In this document: piece after piece, positions 51,901 through 64,000 of the stretch
Position numbering within the stretch: the first letter of the stretch is position 1
Layout: each line of letters starts with the position of its first letter
NCBI GenBank assembly: GCA_036172245.1
Contig: JAYWIR010000064.1
Coordinates: 62,001 to 126,000, forward strand
From: Raillietiella orientalis
Taxonomy: Eukaryota
DNA length: 64,000 nt
Direction of reading: 5' to 3'
Position numbers and translations under genes: made by a program
Notes under the pieces: model-generated
Database searches by the model: none
What the model was told of the DNA's origin: nothing
The model's input: the letters and a program-made list of their open reading frames with translations, nothing else

Positions 51901-54900
51901 ATGAGACGCACAGAGTTGAGAGAGCCTTCCACATAGGGTGCGTTTCGTTTGCCAAGCAGACGTTTGGCTCCTGGCTGCAGTTCCGCCCATTCCTGTTACG
52001 GTGCTTCGCATCCAGGATAGCAGACGGCAAAGAGTAGGGCAGGAAAATCTATAAGAGGATTTTGAGAAGGAAAAGCGGAGAGAATGACCCAAGCATTATA
52101 AGCATTCTTTCAAGGAGATGCACTGAATCTCTGATTCTCTAGTAAATGAAGTGTGCTCTGAGATGAGAACAAATAAAGATCTGTATCTGTTGATCGAGTA
52201 GATAGAGTTGGACTGGAATCTAGACGAAGGAAAGAAGCCGGAACGTAAGGATTGCTTTCAGGAACGTTTCTCCAAACATATGGGAGAGGTATGTGGTCGT
52301 GAAGAACTCGGTCACTTCCTCCTCCTCATGGAACGTGTTTTTGTTTAAGCATCTTCCAAGAGCCAAGAGCTAATCAGCCATCATTGCAAGGTGATGAGAA
52401 CCTCTTTCTTTTCCGGAAACTCATCCTTGCTTTCAGCTGCTTGTTACGAGGCCATCAGATCGATGTGGGAGACTTTCCTTCATCTGCGGCAAAGTGCTTC
52501 TCTTGTCGACTACGTGACTTTCCGCCACTTTCCCTTGGAAATCTCGCGGTCGGCCACCCTGCACTTAGACGCTTCCTTTTTCTCTTCTCCACTGAAATCT
52601 CTACCAAGTAGCCAGCACCAATTGGAGTTTGGAGTTTCCCGAAAGAAACCGTCTCAAGGACGCCAAAGTTCAGTTTCTGATCGTTCAGAGATGCGTAATT
52701 CGAAAAAGGACGCGCGTTGCGAAGGTTGCTGACATCGTTTTTAGATGTTTGCTTCGGTTGCTACTTTTTCGATCTGTTTTACTCAAAAACGATCCCCATA
52801 ATGCATCAGGTGCACCAAAAGCTCTTTTTTGATTCAGAAAAGGACTCCATTTTCTTCGAATTGAATTTGATTCTCAGCATTCAATCTTTAATCAATAATT
52901 GATGAGGAACTTTTATGGATCTCACAGTGAACAAGATGCTGAGAGAGTGTGCTTATCTGAGCTCCAAGACTCTTGTGAGAATACGGAAAAAAAATTTCTG
53001 GTTTCCACGAACCAAATGATTTAGAGTGCTTTCCTATCATCGACATGGAAGATCAACTCTTTGCAGCAATCCGTTATATCAGGGTCATCGGAAAACCTGG
53101 CTTTAATGGAAATTCTCCTGCCGAGATGCAGGCATTTCTAGAGACCCTACCTCAACAGGAAAAAGATGGAGGCTACATAGAAAAATGAACTGGGATGCGT
53201 GTGTTTAGAACCACTAATACATTTTGTTTCTCCTATTTGTTCTTTATATACGATCGGCTCTTACTTTTGAAATGAGCCTCGTATAACAGGAAAAATCAAA
53301 CCTTACAGCTGCCAAGTCAAACTTAAGATAAAGCAGGGAACTGACACTTTTTTATCATCCAAGCTGTGATGCTCTAGTTTCCGTCGTACCCATTAAAATC
53401 AAATTCTAAAAACGATATTAATCCTATAACCCTATTTTATATTCACCAGTATTTTCCATTCTACTCTTTGTTTTTATATTATTCTCTTATTATTATGTTT
53501 TGAGAATAAAAGCAACGAATCGACAAGAGATGAAGAGAATTGACCTTTAGGTGGACTGTTTGTGTGAATAGTGCGGATGAATGTGTGAATGTGGCATACT
53601 GCAACTCCCAATGATATTGATCATAAAATGCATCATTTAAATTATCTGAGATCGGAGTAGCTCCATCGAACCCAAAAGTCCAGAACTTCTTCCATGAGAA
53701 TTTATTAAATCGGTAGCTAATGTATGAGAATCATAGCATTATATTCCCCATTGCTTTACTGTTTCATTATCTAGATTCAGAAATCTCGCAGTTCTAGAAG
53801 GAAAAAAGGCAATCATCTGTCTCATTTATCTAGTACGTGACTGTATAACATGCACAGAGAGCTGGATTCTATTCAAAGATTACCTTGGTGCTGTGATCCC
53901 TAGAAGAGTGGGCGAGAAGGACATCTCTGCCATCATCATAAGTATATTTTAAGCCTTTTCGAGGGGAATGATGAGAAGATGAAATACTTTGGTGCGAGGA
54001 AATTTTGTTTCCTTTTGCTGAATTAGGGAAAAATAATTCTCATCCCCATTATTGTTAGTGATCATTTACTACTATAATGGAATCCCAAGTCAATTCCTTG
54101 AGAAAAAATAAGATCCTGCATACCATGTCCTCGAGGTTTTAACTTGTCCATTAAGGTTTTCTGGACGAACAGTTGGAATCACCATTTCTCAAGTCTTAAG
54201 CATATAGTTTGCATTTCTTCAAGTATGCTAAAAGTGCTCATTATTTTGGCTGAGAGTGAGATAACGAAGATCCACATTCATAGCGGTTGTCACATACTAT
54301 TCATGCTGGTAAGTTCTTGAATTTTATTGTCCGTTTTGTGTGATTGCAAATCTTGTACGCAAAAGGCTCTGGGCATTCTTTTGCAGTTGATATTTTCCTC
54401 ATGGGGTTTCGCCGACTTGCTCGTGATCCTCCGGAGGGAGATCACTGCCTAAGTGATCGAGGTGGCTGTCGTTTTTCTTCTTCGCAAGAGTTGCATAAAT
54501 GGCGCTTGAATACCGGATACAGGTGACCACCATCCGGTGTCTCATAAAACTATCTTGGTTTTTCTTTTTTGCTACTTTTCTTCTCTCATTACGAGCCCTT
54601 GTGAGTTCAACCTGACGCTTTCAGCACCCCAGCGCACAACAAGCGCGTCTTCTTTTTCTCAGAGGAGCATTAACTGACTGACTCACAATAACCGAGGGGT
54701 CCATGGCTAGTAGTCACAGCGTTTGAACACTCTCACCTCATCTCTAATCGATTTAATAAGGAGAACTGGTAGAAAAAGGTGGCTTTTGTTTTTCCCAAGT
54801 GATCTTGGAGCAAACACCGTTCGAGGTAGGACACGATGATGCTGGGGTGCTGAAAGCATCAGGTTGAACACACAAGGGCTCGTAATGAGAGAAAAAAAGT

Positions 54901-55429
54901 TGCAAAAAAAAAAAATTAAGATAGTTTTATAATGAAAATTAATTCCATGCATGCATGTAAGGCTCCCAATTTTACTATAAAAAATGAAAGATATACATAA
55001 GTCCTTAATTGTCATCTAAACATGAAAATGAGCAATTCAACTCAATGCATTGAAGTTCATCATATTATGTGTATGGAAAACGTATGGAAGCGTAAAACCG
55101 ACAAGTGATCTTCCTTCAATGTCACCATGCCTTATTCCTGTTGTACTGAAAATCCTCGGAGTTTATGTTTCATTCTGTCTATCCTCAATTTTTTCCTGTG
55201 CACTCGAAATATGATGACGCCAGGTGAACTTGGCAATGTTTCTGCATTTATCTACAAATCTGTCGCACGAATATTCTTGCAGTTCCACAGGACACTCTCC
55301 GCTTATCTTCTGTGAGCACACCACCATCATAACACTCTGTTGTCATTACATCTCATTAGCAGTACACATGTTAGGTGTTTATTCACCCATGTGTTCATCT
55401 AATTTGCTGTAAGTATAGAAGCCACTTTA

Positions 55430-55700
55430 GAATTCACAGTATACATACTTCCAAACTCCAGGAATTATTCCGAGTCTGCACTTGAAAAGAAAGAGTTTCA
55501 GAAGGATGGAGGCATTCGAAGCCAAGTTCGGCGGTCCCCGATTCTGTGACTTGAGAGTCCACAGAAAAAAAAAACTCTTTTCTTCATTTTCCTTCGATGT
55601 CAAAAGTACGGCAAACAAGTAATCGGAAAGGACGGCTTCTATAAATTGCAAAAGGCTCCGAAGATCCTGGGATGGAGTTGCAACAGGTGGCTGTTGACTC
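55430..55700 (-). mobile_element. CR1/Jockey-type RT N-terminal remnant
   Basis: AVLSDYLFAVLLT..KSQNRGPP..LLKLFLFKCRLGIIPGVWK resembles LNxYFxSVFT..KSxGPD..LxxLFNxSLxxGxxPxxWK. Confidence 0.45.
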
Positions 55701-58692
55701 GATCTCTTCGTTCGAGAATTGCGCTGCCCGAGTCGCAGTATTCGATGGCTCAAAGGCATGCAGGAAGCTGTTGCAGAGTTCCAGATGCAAACTGCACGTG
55801 CGCAGGTGCTTGTGGCTGGCAATGAGCTTGCGGTGATAGATTCAAATCCAAACTTGAAAATGTACTGATCTTTGTACTGTGCGTGACACATTACCGCCTG
55901 CATTAGCTAAAGTAAACACGGGAATTTTGTATCGGTGTAATTCCGCAACTTCCTCCTTGGTACATATGAAAGAAGTCACAAGTTCTTCCGTCAGACTTAC
56001 ACCACGAAAGAAGCAAATGCCTAACTTCTGCAGCCTCCAAGACGAGCTGAGTTCGGCATATCTGTTTTAAACACAATCAACAGTGCATCACAGAAAACTC
56101 AGTGACGTCGTCCATCATGATACTTGAAAGCGGAAGAAAAAGAATGATGGCAATGACATGGGTTGGAAGGTGGAACTTCCTTCATTGCATTACCTGGAGT
56201 GACGAATGAACAGTCACAAGCCACCCACAGCGGGTTACCTGCTGATTTCAGAAGCATCATTATTCCTTAAGAGCTCTTTCATTGCTGTTAAAGCTTACTG
56301 GATTATGAGATAAAGTTATGAATAGTCAAATCCCACAATTGAAGCGAATCGGCAGAAAGTGGATTATTATAGAACAGCTTTTAGTTCCTTGCCTTATTCC
56401 GCAGCTCTCTCTGTTTTCGTCAAAAATCTATTTCAATTTAGCAAATCAGCACATTCCATGCCTATGGAAACTCTATTCCTATTAGGTTGCTGTGTAATTA
56501 ATTAGGCTTTTTCGAGATGAGGGGACCAGACAACTAGGTGTCAAGTCTCAGCCGAGCTGAAATGTTTTTAGGCCCGTTGTGACAGTTTTATCACTCGCAT
56601 TCAGCCCAAAGTGAAGTGAATGGATCTGATAAGCACTGGAATTCTGATGCCACGCTGTGTCTCGAAAATCACATGCCATGAGTTCCGCTTTTGGCTCAGC
56701 AGCTTCTTGGCGGACTCACCAACCCACCAAGAATTGGTTTCCCAGCGTCCTTTTTCATGAGCGCTCATGAACACTTTCCCGCAGTCTCCGGAAAAGCTCC
56801 AGGCCGGTCTCAACTCAACATGGGCACGAATGCACAGAGAACAGCGGAGAACACCATCTCCTCACTTTATCCCTTTTTGTGTTCACAAAGGCTCCCTTTG
56901 CCACGATATCGAGAATGCCCATAGAACCATCTCGCAGACTTCAATCATGAAATTGCTGTGCGTCTCCATCCCCAGTAGGCAACACAGTTCGTTCAGCAAT
57001 ACAGGCAATGGAAGGAATCGCCTTGTAGATAGCTAAAAGAATGTATGCACTTAAATAGGGCACCGAATCAAAACAAATCCCTTCTTTGCTCACATTTCAA
57101 GGCAATTTATTTCCTGACTTTCGTATACAAGCTGTGCTCACTGTCAAGGGGGAAAAAAAACATGAGCCATTTGCCTCATTGCGTTACGACTACAACGGAT
57201 TCGACCCGCCAGCTCATGGTCAAAAAATCATTCCCGTTGGTGCTTTCGTGGATGAGGTAGGTCAAAGGCAGTGGCCCGAATAAATTTGCGGGCAGAAGAA
57301 AAATTGTTACGTTTGACTCCCATGTAAGCGCTACCCACACGTGACCTAAGCGACAAAGGTATAACAAAAGTGGGGGTACCCATCTGCGTAGGTCACACGT
57401 TATTTCTTCACCACTCGAGAATTCAGGTGGTCCAGGTTTCTGAACATCAGTGCTGGTTGCCATCCCAATGACGATGTAAAGTGAGCTTCCGACTTAAAGG
57501 AACGCCAATTCTAAAATCCCTCTCTACCTAAGAGCAGCAACTAACTTTTACAAGCCTGTGTTCTATCGAAGCACATAGGGGGGTAGAAAACGATTTTGCG
57601 ACACACCGTTTCTCCTTTAAACGACTGCTTGTTTTTTTTCTACTAGCATGAATAGCCTCGAAATGGAAACCAGTGACTTCGTCTATCTCCACTACAGTGT
57701 ACCGGGTACGCGTATGTACGATTTCCGATTCCCTACTCAATAAACAGCACGTCAGAATGACTCAAGGAACGCATAAATGATAAATTTCTATTAAATGTAC
57801 TTCATTAACATATGTTCCTCGAGCAGTTTCCTATTCTTATGGGCAAAAAAAGAGTTAAAAGAAAGTTATTTCGATCTTCAAAACATATTTTCCCTTGCTG
57901 TTGCAAACCAAAGGCACGAAACACCACTCTGGGGCAAAAACAAAATAGTCCAACTAAAGACAACAAACATGCAGTGAGATGTGAATTCTTTCATTTGCCA
58001 ATACGTTTGCATGAATGCCTTATTTACTGAGTTGCTTCTGAAACAGATTCTGAAAAAAGTTTCCTTGCTGTCTGCTTTTGCATCTTTGAGACTGACTCAC
58101 CCTAGGAATCAACACTAGAGGATGAGTACTTTAAAAAGAAATTGAGTGAGAAATACAAATAATAAAAGGTGGCGAGTATTTTGTGCAAACAACATGCATT
58201 TGAGGGTATCGGTCAGAATTTCAAGCAAGTACACCTTCCTCCAATCAATTCATTGGAAAAACCCAAGTGTAGCTACAAGAAACAGTACATTCAGTGGAGT
58301 CATATTCACCACTAAATGATGTCTTTTCCATAGAAATAACAGCAACTTTGAAAGTAATGCAAACAAAAATCATACACAGACTAAAAAATTTTCATTGTCT
58401 TTTCAGTGCTGATGTAATCAAAGCCACAAAGTGCATTAGTTAAGTGTCATTCCAATAATTGCACATAAGCATAAAGCATTCTGCACATGCATGAAATGGC
58501 CACGTATTGTAACTGTTTCATGGAGGTGGTTACTCAATTGTCACTTCAATAAACAAACACCAAAATTAACAACAAATATGTTTTCACATTTCAATAACGC
58601 ATAATGGTGATCTACACATCAAGCATTAATATTTGCCTATGTGCTAACTAGATAAACAAACTTCATGTTTAACTATTGGAAGAACCCAAACA

Positions 58693-60708
58693 TCAATTCT
58701 CAGGAATATCAGAAAGGGCACTAACTCCAGGAAGAACCTTGCCTAGAAACACCAAATTTCAAATTTCGAACATTTTGATTTCCAGCCTAAACTTGCCTTC
58801 TAGCAATTCCAGTGCAGCTCCTCCCCCTGTGCTAACATGGCTCACTTTATCTTCAGTTCCCCATTGAGCACAGCAAGTAGCTGTATCACCACCTCCCACA
58901 ATTACACAACATCCCTTTGCAGCTGCTTGCACAACAGCATCCATGATAGCCTTAGTTCCATGGGAGAATGATTCCCATTCAAATACTCCCAAAGGTCTAT
59001 GGAACTGTGCCATTACATGAAAAAGAAATGATCAACTGAGCTTACCCATTCCAAAGGATTGTCTTGGCTTTCAATACAGGCTCAGTGAACAAACGAGCAC
59101 TTTGAGGACCCACATCTAAACCCATCCAACCTTCAGGAATACCAGACTCAATAGTGGCCCCTTGTACCTGGTTGCAGCAAAAAAAAATGCAATTGGCAAT
59201 GTTACTGGATTTACAAGATCAACTCACCTGAGCATCTTCAGCAAATTTGCTGCCTGCAATAAAATCCACAGGCAAATGGATCTTCACGTTATGTTGCTTT
59301 GCTTTCTCCATCAGTGATTTTACAATTTCAGCACTGTTTTCATCATACAAGGATGCACCAATCTGCACATTCATTGAGAAAGACTTTCATATAAAGGAAG
59401 GGCACAAACCGACATGTGATGCAGAACTTTCAAAAAAGGAAATGCCATACCACCTCCAATAATCATCTCATTGACTTGCACCAATAAATTTTCTATTAGT
59501 AGCACCTTATCTGCAACTTTAGCCCCTCCCAAAATGGCCAGAAAAGGTCTAGTTCCACAAGACAGTCTTGACATGAATACAGAAGTGTACTTACTTCTCT
59601 GGATTGTCCAAAGCTTTTGTAAAGTATGTCAATTCTTTTTTCATTAGAAAACCAGACACTCTTAATGGGAATCCATCTCCAAGCATGGAACTATGGGCTC
59701 GATGAGCAGTACCAAATGCATCATTCACATAGATATCACCAAGTTGCCTCAGGGAATTTCGAAACTCTGCAACTTTCTCAGAAGAAGCTTTTATCTGTAA
59801 CAGGAATTTAGTACAATCAACATAATCAATTGATCTTGCCTTTTGCCCATTTGGATCTACACCTTTGCCTTCTTCCTCTACATGAAAACGAAGATTTTCA
59901 AGTAAGATTACTGAACCAGCTGGAGGATTTTGGCATGCAGACTCCACTTTAGCTCCTACACAATCATCCATGAAAGTCACAGGCCTGAATAAAGTGTTTC
60001 AACAAGAATATTTGCAGTTCCACTTTCAACAAGTATCAATTTCATGAGTGCTAATGCATGCAAGAGCAGAAAGGTGCTCTACAAATAAGACTGGGAATCT
60101 GCTTAGTACTAACCTATTAAGGAGTCTCTGGAGTTCATCTGCTATAGGTTTCAAGGAATACTTCTCTATTCGACAACCATCTGGTCTTCCCAAATGTGAC
60201 ATCAGTACAACTGACTTTGAACCTTTATCTAATGCATATTTAATTGTGTCCAAAGCAGCTACAATACGTTGATTGTTTGTGATTTTTCCATCTTTCAAGG
60301 GTACATTAAAGTCAACCCTATGAATCAAAGAGATCAATCTTGTGAATGCTTTGCTACAAGCACTTATATCTTCAGATATCTGTTATGATGAATTTGGCTG
60401 GATTGAAAATCGAACATAAAGTACTATAGAAATCAGTAACCCACTTTCGTTTTCAATGACGAGGAAATTGATGTGAACATCAAGAAATGAAATGCATTTG
60501 TTTTCGGAATTCAATATATGATCTGTTTGATCTGTTTTATACTGATCTGATCTGTTCATCATCAAGATATATAATATTTTGATGATGTACACAATACTTC
60601 CATGCAAACTCTAAAGTGAAAGTAAACAGGTCCTTACCTCATTAAAACCCTCTTATTCAGCAAATCAATTTGGTCGATGCTCAATTTTTTCAAAAATTGG
60701 GTCCTCAT
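58693..60708 (-). CDS. PGK: Phosphoglycerate kinase, 9 exons, 421 aa
   Basis: Exons 60638-60708, 60114-60317, 59840-59984, 59595-59794, 59410-59548, 59228-59362, 59046-59167, 58797-58996, 58693-58742; 1266 nt from ATG to TGA. Motifs [75 protein letters not shown]. Introns 3 and 8 are GC-AG. Confidence 0.97.
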
Positions 60709-61649
60709 TTTAAGGCGGTTTCTCTTGCTTCTTTACAAACTTAGGAATGCTACGACACCTAAAAACACAAATTTGTAAACGACCTCCTGCAACTTCTTCA
60801 ACCTTGGAATCAGAATTACAACGCTTAAACCAAATTACACAAAAAGAATACATAAACGACCAATTTATAAAATATATGAATAATAGAGACGTTTAGATTA
60901 GACGCATCAAAAACAAAATTCTAGTAAACTGAGCTATTAGATTGAATAAAATTCTAATAAAGTCCCAATAAAAGAGACAGATGTTATATGAGATGTGTTA
61001 TATACAAAAATATTCGATTCAGAAAGGACAGGAAACTAAAATCGAAATTACAGTAAAATGACTTCCTCATATGCAGCATAATTCCTAAAACAGTTGCATA
61101 TCAAACAATTAACAACCAACCAAATTCAAAACGAAAAAAAAGGATCAAACTTTTCAGCTAAAATGACTCTAAGTAAAAAAGAGTACAAAAAACTACAACA
61201 CATAAAAAAGTCAACTATGACTTCAAATAAAAAGAGAAATTCGTAAATACAAGATAAATCAAAAATAAGAATGCTAAATGGACACAGAAATCGAAGACGA
61301 AGAAACCATGCAGGAAATCGATTTTGAAAGCAAACCGTCATGAGAAAAACTCGAAAACAGACCTCTGTGAAAATAGGCGCAAAAACGAGCGAAGACAAAA
61401 GATGCATTCTTGAACTCTTTCAAAAGCAGATGCTTAAACAACCCCGCCCCCTAATCAAGGGACCTCCACGGTTCGTTTGGGGGTTCCTCGTGAAGTTTAG
61501 AACCCTTGCCTTCTTCTTTTTTTAAATCAAAGACCGTATCACCATGTTTTTCGCTGTTGCAGTGTGCATCTCTTGTATGACACCCGGATCGGAAGAGGAA
61601 ATAACGCGCGAGATTTTTAGGCATCCTTTTTCCAGTTTCTGGAACAACG

Positions 61650-62090
61650 GCGTTTCGTTCAAGTCACATCCCGCAAAAAAAGAACTCATGTGCGCCTGGA
61701 TGGCGATGGCGTCATTCGTCTGGAACAGGGGTCTCCTGAGTCTTCCTGAGAGGAAGTCTCAGCTGAGTCCCAGGAAGCGCCAGGAGTCCCTCATCCCAGC
61801 TGCCATCCCTTCTGAATGAGACGGAATTCTGACTTCCTGACCGAGATATTTCCGAACGCTGCGGAGCTCGCTAATCGGTTCCCAATGCTCCTCCGATGAG
61901 CAAAGGGAAGCACCTATTCCCCTCCCACTCTTTAAGTGGCGGGGCTGTGCGGGAGAGCGAATCTGACTTTATCGAGGTGATGGTGGAAAACCCCCCTAAA
62001 TGCTTCACCCATGAAGTTGCAGTAGCGGAAGAAACATTCAGAGAAATGAAAACGCAGAGGTCGCCCATGGAAGACCAACTTTCCATCGCC
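61650..62090 (-). mobile_element. Possible APE endonuclease N-terminal remnant of an older LINE
   Basis: VFISLNV resembles the APE start motif IxSxNV; little other support. Confidence 0.2.
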
Positions 62091-62184
62091 ACTGCCGCCG
62101 CTCCTCAGCCGGAAAGATAATGCTACACGCGGCCGTCGTACATTCTTTCAAGATTTCTCCTCGTTACTGCTACGAGTAATAAGT

Positions 62185-63385
62185 TTCTTACCCGATCACT
62201 CCGGGACGTTTATTTTCATAAACCAGCTGGAAACATTTGTTTCCAGCCGACGACCACAAAAAAACAACGGAAATAAGCCACTGGCACGCAGGCCAGGAAA
62301 ACGGTACGTGGAGGGAGGAGGGGACTACAAACAAAAAAGAACAGTCTAAATGGGAGGAAGAGGACAGGGATCTTTGGTGACGCTCCGTAGTCACCGGAAA
62401 AGAAAAAGAGTGTAAGCACTAAAAGCATTACGGAGCGAATTGGAGGTGGGGCGCGAAAACAAAAATGAGATTAAAGGGGAATGGATGTGGATCACCGGGA
62501 TCTCGTTCCAAACCGTAGATAATCCGGCTATGGATGCCGGTGAGTCCCTCCGTTGAATTTTCGATTAAGTGATGCTATTAGGCGCTGATAAAGTCGCCTG
62601 CCTTCCTGGTGACACAACATCGCTGTCCACAGCTCTCCAGCACGTCTTTGACCGTGACGATGGCGCGGATGCAACCAACGGTCGAGATCATCGCTGCCGT
62701 CGAAAGTCCTTGTGGTTGGAAGAATTGTCTCAGCACCTCACGAGCGGTGTCCTGTTGCAGGAGTGCTGCTGCCAATCACCTCCAGATTTCGTGGAGGGCT
62801 CTGCAGTCCAAAAGAAGGTGCGGGAACGACTCCATCACCCCGCACCAGGCACAGTAGGGGGAAGCCACCTCACCGGAAACTCGGTTCCGCCGTTCATTGA
62901 AGCGCAAACCGCAGTGCAAGAAGAGCAAAACGTCCTGCTTCCAGGCAAGGGGAAACACCGAATCAAACAGCAGGGAGGGACTATCAGTCCCTCGGGGGCA
63001 ACACCAACAGATTCTCTTCACCAAAGAAGTCCCTTTGCCGTAGCCCGAGCAGTGGCAGCATCCGCCAGCTCGCTCGTATCCCATTCGCCGAGTTTTCTTC
63101 TTCCCGCGATGGTGCAGGAGAACTTCCACCTCTCCGGATGGCTTCTGTCTCCTCTTGCCCTGAGGGCAAACAGTGCTTCGGCGAGGAGCGTAGCGGCCAG
63201 GGTGGAAAACTTCACCTCGTCATGCATCACCTCTTGAAGTGACCGAGGTAGGAATCGACACGGGGCGAATATGTTCGGAACGCATTTCCTGGAATCCAGC
63301 CCAAGAATCAACAGATTCCTGCCGCCAAGCATTAAAGTTCATTGGGTGGCAGGAAATCCACAGTTGGGCTTCCAGCAGTGAGGCG
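62185..63385 (-). mobile_element. 5'-truncated L1/Tx1-like LINE insertion with 13-16 bp TSD
   Basis: FPLAWKQDVLLFLHCGL..CAWCGVMESFPHLLLDCRALHEIW zinc finger; ends AATAAACGTCCCGGAGTGATCGGGTAAGAA; TSD ACGAGTAATAAGT at 62172-62184 and 63386-63398. Confidence 0.9.
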
Positions 63386-63604
63386 ACGAGTAATAAGTGA
63401 TGGTAACCAGAGAGAGCTTTCCCATACCGCTAGAAGATGAGGACTGTTCCTTGATCAAGTGGAGGGGTTCCGACGCGATGAAGGAGAGGGGAATTATGAC
63501 TATCCTACCAATTGTTCACCTCCGAGACTCAAACACAACAATGCCTTTAGCTAGCAAAACCTAGGTTAAAAGAATTGCTGAGGAGAGAGCTCGGTTGCGG
63601 AGGT

Positions 63605-63630
63605 GCACTGCCGGGATTCGAACCCGCAGC
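63605..63630 (-). other. Pol III B-box / tRNA T-arm-like motif, possibly a SINE or tRNA relic
   Basis: GCTGCGGGTTCGAATCCCGGCAG on the minus strand; A-box-like GGAGCAATGG about 85 nt upstream; no cloverleaf found. Confidence 0.35.
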
Positions 63631-64000
63631 CATCTGTTCGGCAGAGGGTTTCACACCAACAAAGAGACCCCTACACTCTTCCTCAACTTCCGCGCTGAAT
63701 CTCACCATTGCTCCCCATCCCACACATTTCGGCAAGAGTCCAAGTGTGCAGTCTTTCAGCACGTGCTCCGAGCGCGCCTGCTCGCCTGGACACACAGCCG
63801 GCCCATACGCGCAGATGGAGCTGCCGTCCGACCACGCACGGGCAGGACGACACTTCTTCCCACCGGCCGAAACCCCCACACCGAACACACACCCGCGACC
63901 GAGTCGAAGAAGCGCTCGCGCAGAGCGCGTTCCTCCCCCGCGCGCCAACCACCACGCGCTGCCGCAGACCATCAGCGAGTGTCGCTCGGCATACAAGGAG

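Noticed and set aside
59795..59839. 15-aa insertion in PGK protein suggested by ORF 59591-59980
   Set aside because: Better explained as a GC-AG intron, since removal restores the canonical sequence.
63555..63572. Telomerase-RNA-like template (TAACCTA on the minus strand)
   Set aside because: Only 7 nt, with no supporting structure; compatible with chance.
1..64000. Prokaryotic systems (operons, CRISPR arrays, defence islands)
   Set aside because: Genes are spliceosomal and intron-containing; no regularly spaced repeat-spacer array was seen.

Overview
Eukaryotic genomic DNA, most likely from an invertebrate animal (inferred from protein style and intron pattern; taxon not identifiable). Three host genes lie on the minus strand: one internal exon of an SLC16/MCT-type transporter (~1.5-1.7 kb), a complete 9-exon purple acid phosphatase ACP7/PAPL (17156-19236, 437 aa) and a complete 9-exon phosphoglycerate kinase (58693-60708, 421 aa). 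Both complete genes have very short introns (many 41-50 nt) and are CpG-depleted; PGK uses two GC-AG introns. Much of the rest is decayed mobile DNA: a MITE-like element, two copies of a tRNA-derived SINE, a Ty3/Gypsy pol remnant, an R2/NeSL-like RT remnant, CR1/Jockey-like scraps, and at least ten pieces of an L1/Tx1-like LINE family. The most distinctive signal is that this LINE family ends not in poly(A) but in AATAAACG + a short hairpin + a few bases, with the end fixed by target-site duplications in four copies. All alignments and counts were done by eye; no database searches were run, so novelty is unverified.
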